This document shows, piece by piece, positions 1 to 12,019 of a DNA stretch of 64,000 nt. Source of the stretch: Mobula hypostoma (lineage: Eukaryota); contig NW_026948143.1 of assembly GCF_963921235.1 (NCBI RefSeq), positions 1 through 64,000 on the forward strand, given 5' to 3'. Every line of letters begins with the position of its first letter. Position 1 is the stretch's first letter. The notes under the pieces are model-generated. The model saw only the letters and a program-made list of their open reading frames with translations. It did no database searches and was not told the DNA's origin. The translations under genes and the position numbers were made by a program.

Positions 1-39
1 CAGGACAGTCTGTAGAAAGTTAGTGAAAACACGGTACAG

Positions 40-3000
40 TCTGCAGGAACTCAGTGAAAACAGAGGACAGTCTGCAGGAACTCAGTGAGAACACACAACA
101 GTCTGTAGGAACTCTGTGAAAACACAAGACAGTCTGCAGGAATTCAGTGAAAACACACGACAGTCTGCAGGAAGTCAGAGAAAACACGGGACAGTCCGCA
201 GAAACTCAGTGAAAAGACAGGACAGTCTGCTGGAACTCAGTCAAAACACACAACAGTCTGCAGGAATTCAGTGAAAACACACGACAGTCTGCAGGAACTC
301 AGTGAAAACACACAACAGTCTGCAGGAATTCAGTGAAAACACACGACAGTTTGCAGGAAGTCAGACAACACACGGGACAGTCTGCAGAAACTCAGTGAAA
401 ACACCGGACAGTCTGCAGGAACTCAGTGAAAACACGGGACAGTCTGCAGAACTCAGTGTCACCACAGGACAGTCAATAGGAACTCAGTGAAAACACAGGA
501 CAGTCTGTAGGAAGTTAGTGAAAACACGGTACAGTCTGCAGGAAGTCAGTGAAAACACGGGACAGTCTGCAGGAACTCAATGAAAACACAGGACAGTCTG
601 CAGAAACTCAGTGTAAACACAGGACAGTCTGCAGGAACTTAGTGTAAACACGAGATAGGGTGCAGGAACTCAGTGAAAATACGGGACAGTCTGCAGGACC
701 TCAGTGAAAACACAGGGCAGTCTGCAGGACCTCACTGAAAACATGGGACAGTCTGCAGGAACTCCGTGAAAACACAGGACAGTCTGCAGGAAGTCAGATT
801 AAACACGGGACAGTCTGCAGGATCTCAGTGAAAACACCGAACAGTCTGCTGGAACTCAGTGAAAACACACGACAGTCTGCAGAAAGTCAGATTAAACACG
901 GGACAGTCTGCAGGATCTCAGTGAAAACACCGAACAGTCTGCTGGAACTGAGTGAAAACAGAGGACAGTCTGCAGGAACTCAGAGAAAACACGAGACAGT
1001 CTGCAGGAACTCAGTGAAAACAGAGGACAGTCTGCAGGAACTCAGTGAGAACACAGGACACTCTGCTGGAACTCAGTGTAAACACAGGACACTCTGCTGG
1101 AACTCAGTGTAAACACAGGATAGTCTGCAGGAACTCAGTGAAAACACGGGACAGTCTGCAGGAACTCAGTGAAAACACACGACAGCCTGCAGGAAGTCAG
1201 TGAAAACACAGGACAGCCTGCAGGAAGTCAGTGAAAACACAGGACAGTCTGCAGGAACTCAGTGAAAACACAGGACACTCTGCTGGAACTCAGTGTAAAT
1301 ACAGGACACTCTGCTGGAACTCAGTGTAAACACATGACAATCTGCAGGATCAGTGAAAACACAGAACAGTCAGCAGGAAGTCAGAGAAAACGAGGGTCAG
1401 TCGGCAGATACTCAGTGAAAACATACTACAGTCTGTAGGAACTCTGTGAAAAGACAGGACAGTCTGTAGAAAGTTAGTGAAAACACGGTACAGTCTGCAG
1501 GAACTCAGTGAAAACACAGGACAGTCTGCAGGAAGTCAGTGAAAACAGAGGACAGTCTACAGGAACGCAGTGAAAACACAGGACAGCCTGCAGGAACTCA
1601 GTGAAAACACAGGACACTCTGCTGGAACTCAGTGTAAACACAGGACAATCTGCAGGATCAGTGAAAACACAGAACAGTCAGCAGGAAGTCAGAGATAACA
1701 AGGGTCCGTCGGCAGACACTCAGTGAAAACATACTACAGTCTGTAGGAACTCTGTGAAAAGACAGGACAGTCTGTAGAAAGTTTGTGAAAACACCGTACA
1801 GTCTGCAGGAACTCAGTGAAAACACAGGACACCCTGCAGGAACTCAGTGAAAACACAGGACACTCTGCAGGAACTCAGTGTAAACACAGGACAATCTGCA
1901 GGATCAGTGAAAACACGGTACAGTCAGCAGGAAGTCAGAGAAAACAAGGGTCAGTCTGCAGACACTCAGTGAAGACATACTACAGTCAGTAGGAACTCTG
2001 TGAAAAGACAGGACAGTCTGTAGAAAGTTAGTGAAAACACGGGACAGTCTGCAGGAACTCAGTGAAAACACCGAACAGTCTGCTGGAACTGAGTGAAAAC
2101 AGAGGACAGTCTGCAGGAACTCAGAGAAAACACGAGACAGTCTGCAGGAACTCAGTGAAAACAGAGGACAGTCTGCAGGAACTCAGTGAGAACACACAAC
2201 AGTCTGTAGGAACTCTGTGAAAACACAAGACAGTCTGCAGGAATTCAGTGAAAACACACGACAGTCTGCAGGAAGTCAGAGAAAACACGGGACAGTCCGC
2301 AGAAACTCAGTGAAAAGACAGGACAGTCTGCTGGAACTCAGTCAAAACACACAACAGTCTGCAGGAATTCAGTGAAAACACACGACAGTCTGCAGGAACT
2401 CAGTGAAAACACACAACAGTCTGCAGGAATTCAGTGAAAACACACGACAGTTTGCAGGAAGTCAGACAACACACGGGACAGTCTGCAGAAACTCAGTGAA
2501 AACACGGGACAGTCTGCAGGAACAGTGAAAACACAGGACAGTCTGCAGGAACTCAGTGTCACCACAGGACAGTCAATAGGAACTCAGTGAAAACACAGGA
2601 CAGTCTGTAGGAAGTTAGTGAAAACACGGTACAGTCTGCAGGAAGTCAGTGAAAACACGGGACAGTCTGCAGGAACTCAGTGAAAACACAGGACAGTCTG
2701 CAGGAACTCAGTGAAAACACAGGACAGTCTGCAGGAACTTAGTGAAAACACGAGACAGTCTGCAGGAACTCAGTGAAAACACGGGACAGTCTGCAGGAAC
2801 TCAGTGAAAACACAGGGCAGTCTGCAGGAACTCAGTGAAAACATGGGACAGTCTGCAGGAACTCCGTGAAAACACAGGACAGTCTGCAGGAAGTCAGATT
2901 AAACACGGGACAGTCTGCAGGATCTCAGTGAAAACACCGAACAGTCTGCTGGAACTCAGTGAAAACACACGACAGTCTGCAGAAAGTCAGATTAAACACG

Positions 3001-5410
3001 GGACAGTCTGCAGGATCTCAGTGAAAACACCGAACAGTCTGCTGGAACTCAGTGAAAACAGAGGACAGTCTGCAGGAACTCAGTGAAAACACGAGACAGT
3101 CTGCAGGAACTCAGTGAAAACAGAGGACAGTCTGCAGGAACTCAGTGAGAACACAGGACACTCTGCTGGAACTCAGTGTAAACACAGGACACTCTGCTGG
3201 AACTCAGTGTAAACACAGGATAGTCTGCAGGAACTCAGTGAAAACACGGGACAGTCTGCAGGAACTCAGTGAAAACACACGACAGCCTGCAGGAAGTCAG
3301 TGAAAACACAGGACAGCCTGCAGGAAGTCAGTGAAAACACAGGACAGTCTGCAGGAACTCAGAGAAAACACGAGACAGTCTGCAGGAACTCAGTGAAAAC
3401 AGAGGACAGTCTGCAGGAACTCAGTGAGAACACACAACAGTCTGTAGGAACTCTGTGAAAACACAAGACAGTCTGCAGGAATTCAGTGAAAACACACGAC
3501 AGTCTGCAGGAAGTCAGAGAAAACACGGGACAGTCCGCAGAAACTCAGTGAAAAGACAGGACAGTCTGCTGGAACTCAGTCAAAACACACAACAGTCTGC
3601 AGGAATTCAGTGAAAACACACGACAGTCTGCAGGAACTCAGTGAAAACACACAACAGTCTGCAGGAATTCAGTGAAAACACACGACAGTTTGCAGGAAGT
3701 CAGACAACACACGGGACAGTCTGCAGAAACTCAGTGAAAACACGGGACAGTCTGCAGGAACTCAGTGAAAACACGGGACAGTCTGCAGAACTCAGTGTCA
3801 CCACAGGACAGTCAATAGGAACTCAGTGAAAACACAGGACAGTCTGTAGGAAGTTAGTGAAAACACGGTACAGTCTGCAGGAAGTCAGTGAAAACACGGG
3901 ACAGTCTGCAGGAACTCAATGAAAACACAGGACAGTCTGCAGAAACTCAGTGTAAACACAGGACAGTCTGCAGGAACTTAGTGTAAACACGAGATAGGGT
4001 GCAGGAACTCAGTGAAAATACGGGACAGTCTGCAGGACCTCAGTGAAAACACAGGGCAGTCTGCAGGACCTCACTGAAAACATGGGACAGTCTGCAGGAA
4101 CTCCGTGAAAACACAGGACAGTCTGCAGGAAGTCAGATTAAACACGGGACAGTCTGCAGGATCTCAGTGAAAACACCGAACAGTCTGCTGGAACTCAGTG
4201 AAAACACACGACAGTCTGCAGAAAGTCAGATTAAACACGGGACAGTCTGCAGGATCTCAGTGAAAACACCGAACAGTCTGCTGGAACTGAGTGAAAACAG
4301 AGGACAGTCTGCAGGAACTCAGAGAAAACACGAGACAGTCTGCAGGAACTCAGTGAAAACAGAGGACAGTCTGCAGGAACTCAGTGAAAACACAGGACAC
4401 TCTGCAGGAACTCAGTGAAAACACAGGACACTCTGCTGGAACTCAGTGTAAACACAGGACACTCTGCTGGAACTCAGTGAAAACACGGGACAGTCTGCAG
4501 GAACTCAGTGAAATCACACGACAGCCTGCAGGAAGTCAGTGAAAACACAGGACAGCCTGCAGGAAGTCAGTGAAAACACAGGACAGTCTGCAGGAACTCA
4601 GTGAAAACACAGGACACTCTGCTGGAACTCAGTGTAAATACAGGACACTCTGCTGGAACTCAGTGTAAACACATGACAATCTGCAGGATCAGTGAAAACA
4701 CAGAACAGTCAGCAGGAAGTCAGAGAAAACGAGGGTCAGTCGGCAGATACTCAGTGAAAACATACTACAGTCTGTAGGAACTCTGTGAAAAGACAGGACA
4801 GTCTGTAGAAAGTTAGTGAAAACACGGTACAGTCTGCAGGAACTCAGTGAAAACACAGGACAGTCTGCAGGAAGTCAGTGAAAACAGAGGACAGTCTACA
4901 GGAACGCAGTGAAAACACAGGACAGCCTGCAGGAACTCAGTGAAAACACAGGACACTCTGCTGGAACTCAGTGTAAACACAGGACAATCTGCAGGATCAG
5001 TGAAAACACAGAACAGTCAGCAGGAAGTCAGAGAAAACAAGGGTCAGTCGGCAGACACTCAGTGAAAACATACTACAGTCTGTAGGAACTCTGTGAAAAG
5101 ACAGGACAGTCTGTAGAAAGTTTGTGAAAACACCGTACAGTCTGCAGGAACTCAGTGAAAACACAGGACACCCTGCAGGAACTCAGTGAAAACACAGGAC
5201 ACTCTGCAGGAACTCAGTGTAAACACAGGACAATCTGCAGGATCAGTGAAAACACGGTACAGTCAGCAGGAAGTCAGAGAAAACAAGGGTCAGTCTGCAG
5301 ACACTCAGTGAAGACATACTACAGTCAGTAGGAACTCTGTGAAAAGACAGGACAGTCTGTAGAAAGTTAGTGAAAACACGGGACAGTCTGCAGGAACTCA
5401 GTGAAAACAC
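40..5410 (+). repeat. Satellite domain A: ~2,100-bp HOR (~68 monomers) in full, truncated (1,239 bp) and near-full copies
   Basis: Lines at 781 and 2881 match at offset 2,100. ORF-track pairs 302/3641 and 828/4167 are offset 3,339 (2,100+1,239). Markers are TGTCACCACAGGACAGTCAATAGG, GAGGGTCAGTCGGCAGATAC and CATACTAC, with internal 308- and 246-bp sub-repeats at ~1393/1701/1947. Confidence 0.85.
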
Positions 5411-6380
5411 GGGACAGTGTGCAGGAACTCAGTGATAACACGGGACAGTCTGCAGGAACTCAGTGAAAACACGGGACAGTCTGCAGAAACTCAGTGAAAA
5501 CACAGGACAGTCTGCAGGAACTCAGTGAAAACACGTGACAGTCTGCAGGAACTCAGTGAAAACACGGGACAGTCTGCAGGAACTCAGTGAAAACATACTA
5601 CAGTCTGTAGGAACTCAGTGAAAGCACAGGACAGTCTGTAGGAAGTTAGTGAAAACACGGTACAGTGTGCAGGAACTCAGTGAAAACACAGGACAGTCTG
5701 CAGGAAGTCAGTGAAAACAGAGTACAGTCTGCAGGAACGCAGTGAAAACACAGGACAGCCTGCAGGAACTCAGTGAAAACACAGGACACTCTGCTGGAAC
5801 TCAGTGTAAACACAGGACACTCTGCTGGAACTCAGTGTAAACACAGGATAGTCTGCAGGAACTCAGTGAAAACACGGGACAGTCTGCAGGAACTCAGTGA
5901 AAACACACGACAGCCTGCAGGAAGTCAGTGAAAACACAGGACAGCCTGCAGGAAGTCAGTGAAAACACAGGACACTCTGCTGGAACTCAGTGTAAATACA
6001 GGACACTCTGCTGGAACTCAGTGTAAACACATGACAATCTGCAGGATCAGTGAAAACACAGAACAGTCAGCAGGAAGTCAGAGAAAACGAGGGTCAGTCG
6101 GCAGATACTCAGTGAAAACATACTACAGTCTGTAGGAACTCTGTGAAAAGACAGGACAGTCTGTAGAAAGTTAGTGAAAACACGGTACAGTCTGCAGGAA
6201 CTCAGTGAAAACACATGACAGTGTGCAGGAACTCAGTGAAAACAGAGGACAGTCAGCAGGAACTCAGTGAAAACACGGGACAGTCAGCAGGAACTCAGTG
6301 ATAACACGGGACAGTCTGCAGGAACTCAGTGAAAACACGGGACAGTCTGCAGAAACTCAGTGAAAACACAGGACAGTCTG

Positions 6381-8010
6381 CAGGAACTCAGTGTAACCAC
6401 AGGAGAGTCTCCGGGAACTGAGTGTAAACACAGGACCGTCTGCAGGAATTCAGTGAAAACACGGGACAGTCAGCAAGAACTCAGTGAAAACACGTGACAG
6501 TCTGCAGAAACTCAGTGAAAACACGGGACAGTCTGCAGGAATTCGGTTGAAACATACTACAGTCTGTAGGAACTCAGTGAAAGCACAGGACAGTCTGCAG
6601 GAACTCAGTGAAAACACAGGACAGTCTTCAGGAACTCAGTGAAAACACAGGACAGTGTGCAGGAACTCAGTGAAAACACGGCACAGTCGGAAGGAACTCA
6701 GTGTAAACACAGGACAGTCAGCAGGATCTGAGTGAAAACACAGTGCAGTCTGCAGGAACTCTGTGAAAACAGAGAACAGTCTGCAGGAACTCAGTGTAAC
6801 CACAGGAGAGTCTCCGGGAACTGAGTGTAAACACAGGACCGTCTGCAGGAATTCAGTGAAAACACGGGACAGTCAGCAAGAACTCAGTGAAAACACGTGA
6901 CAGTCTGCAGAAACTCAGTGAAAACACGGGACAGTCTGCAGGAATTCGGTTGAAACATACTACAGTCTGTAGGAACTCAGTGAAAGCACAGGACAGTCTG
7001 CAGGAACTCAGTGAAAACACAGGACAGTCTTCAGGAACTCAGTGAAAACACAGGACAGTGTGCAGGAACTCAGTGAAAACACGGCACAGTCGGAAGGAAC
7101 TCAGTGTAAACACAGGACAGTCAGCAGGATCTGAGTGAAAACACAGTGCAGTCTGCAGGAACTCTGTGAAAACAGAGAACAGTCTGCAGGAAGTCAGTGA
7201 GAACACAGTATAGTCTGCAGGAACTCTGTGAAAACACAGAACAGTCTGCAGGAAGTCAAAGAAAACACGGGACAGTCTGCAGGATGTCAGAGAAAACACG
7301 GGACGGTCTACAGGAACTTAGTGAAAACACAGAATGTTTGCCGGAAATCAGAGGAAACACGTGACGGTCTTCAGAAACTCAGTGAAAACACTTGACAGTC
7401 TGCAGGAACTCAATGAAAACACTGAATAGTCTGCAGGAAGCCAGAGAAAACACGGGATAGTCTGCAGGAATTCAGTGAGAACACAGACTGTGTGTAGAAA
7501 GTCAGAGAAAGCACGTGACGGTCTGCAGAATCTCAGTGAAAACACGGGACAGTCAGCAGAATCTCAGTGAAAACACAGGACAGACTGCAGTACCTTCTGA
7601 AAACACAGTACAGTCTGCAGGAATTCAGAGAAAACACAGTACAGTCTGCAGGAACTCTGTGAAAACACAGAACAGTCTGCAGGAAGTCAAAGAAAACACG
7701 GGATAGTCTGCAGGAACTCAATGAAAACACTGAATAGTCTGCAGGAAGCCAGAGAAAACACGGGATAGTCTGCAGGAATTCAGTGAGAACACAGACTGTG
7801 TGTAGAAAGTCAGAGAAAGCACGTGACGGTCTGCAGAATCTCAGTGAAAACACGGGACAGTCAGCAGAATCTCAGTGAAAACACAGGACAGACTGCAGTA
7901 CCTTCTGAAAACACAGTACAGTCTGCAGGAATTCAGAGAAAACACAGTACAGTCTGCAGGAACTCTGTGAAAACACAGAACAGTCTGCAGGAAGTCAAAG
8001 AAAACACGGG
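6381..8010 (+). repeat. Satellite domain B: more diverged monomers with local 403-bp (13-mer) and 308-bp (10-mer) tandem duplications
   Basis: GTGTAACCACAGGAGAGTCTCCGGG occurs at 6391 and 6794 (offset 403). Near-identical spurious ORFs start at 7515 and 7823 (offset 308). Confidence 0.85.
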
Positions 8011-9799
8011 ACAGTCTGCAGGAACTCAGTGAAAACACAGAACAGTCTGCAGGAAGTCAGAGAAAACGGGACAGTCTGCAGGAACTCAGTGAACACACGG
8101 CAGTCTGCAGGAAGTCACAGAAAACACGGGACGGGTGCAGGAGCTTAGTGAAAACACAGGTCTGTCTGCAGGAACTCAGTGAAAACACAGGCCAGTCTGT
8201 AGGATCTCAGTGAAAACACACGACAGTCTGTAGGAACTCAGTGAACACACAGGACAGTCTGCAGTATCTCAGTGAAAACGCACGGCATTCTGCAGGAATT
8301 CAGTGAAAACACAGGACAGTCTGCAGAAACTCAGTGAAAACACAGGACTGACTGCAGGAAGTCAGAGAAAAAACGGGACAGTCTGCAGGAACTCAGTTAA
8401 AACACATAACTTTTGCAGGAAGTCAGAGAGAACACGGGACAGTCTGCAGAATCTGTGAAAACATGGACCAGTCTGCAGGAACTCAGTGAAAACACAGAAC
8501 GGTCTGCAGGAAGTCAGAGGAAACACGGGACAGTCTGCAGGAACTCAGTGAAAACACTGGACAGTCTGCAGGAACTCAGTGAAAACAGAGGACAGTCTGC
8601 AGGAACTCAGTGAGAACACAGGACAGTCTGCAGGATCTCAGTGAAAACACAGGACTGTCTGCAGGAACTCAGTGAAAACACAGGACTGTCTGCAGGAAGT
8701 CAGAGAAAACACGGGACAGTCTGCAGGAACTCAGTTAAAACACATAACATTTGCAGGAAATCAGAGAGAACACGGGACCCTCTGCAGGAACTCAGTTAAA
8801 ACACAGAACATCTGCAGGAAATCAGAGAAAGCACGTGACGGTCTGCAGAAACTCAGTGAAACACAGGACAGTCTGCTGGAACTCAGTGAAAACACACAAC
8901 CGTCTTTAGGAACGCAGTGAAAACACACGACAGTCTGCAGGAATTCAGTGAAAACACACGACAGTCTGCAGGAAGTCAGAGAAAACACGGGACAGTCCGC
9001 AGAAACTCAGTGAAAAGACAGAATGTGTGCAGAAACTCAGTGAAAACACAGGACAGTCTGCTGGAACTCAGTGAAAACACACAACAGTCTGTAGAAATTC
9101 AGTGAAAACACACGACAGTCTGCAGGAAGTCAGACAACACACGGGACAGTCTGCAGAAACTCAGTGAAAACACGGGACATTCTGCAGGAACAGTGAAAAC
9201 AGAGGACAGTCTGCAGGAACTCAGTGAAAACACGGGAGAGTCTGCAGAACTCAGTGTCACAACAGGACAATCAATAGGAACTCAGTGAAAACACAGGACA
9301 GTCTGTAGGAAGTTAGTGAAAACACGGTACAGTCTGCAGGAAGTCAGTGAAAATACTGGACAGTCTGCAGGAACTCAGTGAAAACACAGGACAGTCTGCA
9401 GGAACTCAGTGAAAACACGGGACAGTCTGCAGGAACAGTGAAAACAAGGGACAGTCTGCAGGAACTCAGTGAAAACACGGGACAGTCTGCAGGATCTCAG
9501 TGAAAACGCACGGCATTCTGCAGGAATTCAGTGAAAACACAGGACTGTCTGCAGGAAGTCAGAGAAAACACGGGACAGTCTGCAGGAACTCAGTTAAAAC
9601 ACATAACATTTGCAGGAAATCAGAGAGAACACGGGACCCTCTGCAGGAACTCAGTTAAAACACAAAACATCTGCAGGAAATCAGAGAAAACACGTGACGG
9701 TCTGCAGAAACTCAGTGAAAACACAGGACAGTCTGCTGGAACTCAGTGAAAACACACAACCGTCTTTAGGAACGCAGTGAAAACACACGACAGTCTGCA

Positions 9800-11830
9800 G
9801 GAATTCAGTGAAAACACACGACAGTCTGCAGGAAGTCAGAGAAAACACGGGACAGTCCGCAGAAACTCAGTGAAAAGACAGGACAGTCTGCTGGAACTCA
9901 GTCAAAACACACAACAGTCTGCAGGAATTCAGTGAAAACACACGACAGTCTGCAGGAACTCAGTGAAAACACACAACAGTCTGCAGGAATTCAGTGAAAA
10001 CACACGACAGTTTGCAGGAAGTCAGACAACACACGGGACAGTCTGCAGAAACTCAGTGAAAACACGGGACAGTCTGCAGGAACTCAGTGAAAACACGGGA
10101 CAGTCTGCAGAACTCAGTGTCACCACAGGACAGTCAATAGGAACTCAGTGAAAACACAGGACAGTCTGTAGGAAGTTAGTGAAAACACGGTACAGTCTGC
10201 AGGAAGTCAGTGAAAACACGGGACAGTCTGCAGGAACTCAATGAAAACACAGGACAGTCTGCAGAAACTCAGTGTAAACACAGGACAGTCTGCAGGAACT
10301 TAGTGTAAACACGAGATAGGGTGCAGGAACTCAGTGAAAATACGGGACAGTCTGCAGGACCTCAGTGAAAACACAGGGCAGTCTGCAGGACCTCACTGAA
10401 AACATGGGACAGTCTGCAGGAACTCCGTGAAAACACAGGACAGTCTGCAGGAAGTCAGATTAAACACGGGACAGTCTGCAGGATCTCAGTGAAAACACCG
10501 AACAGTCTGCTGGAACTCAGTGAAAACACACGACAGTCTGCAGAAAGTCAGATTAAACACGGGACAGTCTGCAGGATCTCAGTGAAAACACCGAACAGTC
10601 TGCTGGAACTGAGTGAAAACAGAGGACAGTCTGCAGGAACTCAGAGAAAACACGAGACAGTCTGCAGGAACTCAGTGAAAACAGAGGACAGTCTGCAGGA
10701 ACTCAGTGAGAACACACAACAGTCTGTAGGAACTCTGTGAAAACACAAGACAGTCTGCAGGAATTCAGTGAAAACACAGGACAGTCTGCAGGAACTCAGT
10801 GAAAACACGGGACAGTCTGCAGTAACTCAGTGAAAACACAGGACAGTCTGCTGGAACTCAGTGAAAACACACAACAGTCTGCAGGAATTCAGTGAAAACA
10901 CACGACAGTCTGCAGGAACTCAGTGAAAACACACAACAGTCTGCAGGAATTCAGTGAAAACACAGGACAGTCTGCAGGAACTCAGTGAAAACACACAACA
11001 GTCTGTAGGAACTCAGTGAAAACACACGACAGTCTGCAGGAAGTCAGAGAAAACACGGGACAGTCCGCAGAAACTCAGTGAAAACACGGGACAGTCTGCA
11101 GAACTCAGTGTCACCACAGGACAGTCAATAGGAACTCAGTGAAAACACAGGACAGTCTGTAGGAAGTTAGTGAAAACACGGTACAGTCTGCAGGAAGTCA
11201 GTGAAAACACGGGACAGTCTGCAGGAACTCAATGAAAACACAGGACAGTCTGCAGAAACTCAGTGTAAACACAGGACAGTCTGCAGGAACTTAGTGTAAA
11301 CACGAGATAGGGTGCAGGAACTCAGTGAAAATACGGGACAGTCTGCAGGACCTCAGTGAAAACACAGGGCAGTCTGCAGGACCTCACTGAAAACATGGGA
11401 CAGTCTGCAGGAACTCCGTGAAAACACAGGACAGTCTGCAGGAAGTCAGATTAAACACGGGACAGTCTGCAGGATCTCAGTGAAAACACCGAACAGTCTG
11501 CTGGAACTCAGTGAAAACACACGACAGTCTGCAGAAAGTCAGATTAAACACGGGACAGTCTGCAGGATCTCAGTGAAAACACCGAACAGTCTGCTGGAAC
11601 TCAGTGAAAACACACGACAGTCTGCAGAAAGTCAGATTAAACACGGGACAGTCTGCAGGATCTCAGTGAAAACACCGAACAGTCTGCTGGAACTGAGTGA
11701 AAACAGAGGACAGTCTGCAGGAACTCAGAGAAAACACGAGACAGTCTGCAGGAACTCAGTGAAAACAGAGGACAGTCTGCAGGAACTCAGTGAGAACACA
11801 CAACAGTCTGTAGGAACTCTGTGAAAACAC
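9800..11830 (+). repeat. Two further partial copies of the domain-A HOR, 991 bp apart
   Basis: ORF 9963..10151 has the same translation as 3641..3829. ORFs starting at 10489 and 11480 are offset 991. Domain-A markers TGTCACCAC and CTTAGTGTAAACACGAGATAGGG recur. Confidence 0.8.
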
Positions 11831-12019
11831 AAGACAGTCTGCAGCAACTCTGTGAGAAACCGAGGACAGTGCGCAGGAACTCAGTGAAAACACAGGTTAG
11901 TCTGCTGGAACTCAGTGAAAACACAGAACAGTCTGCAGTAACTGAGTGAAAACACACGACAGTCTGCAGGAAGTCTGAGAAAACACGGGACAGACTGCAG
12001 GAACTCAGTGAAAACACGG

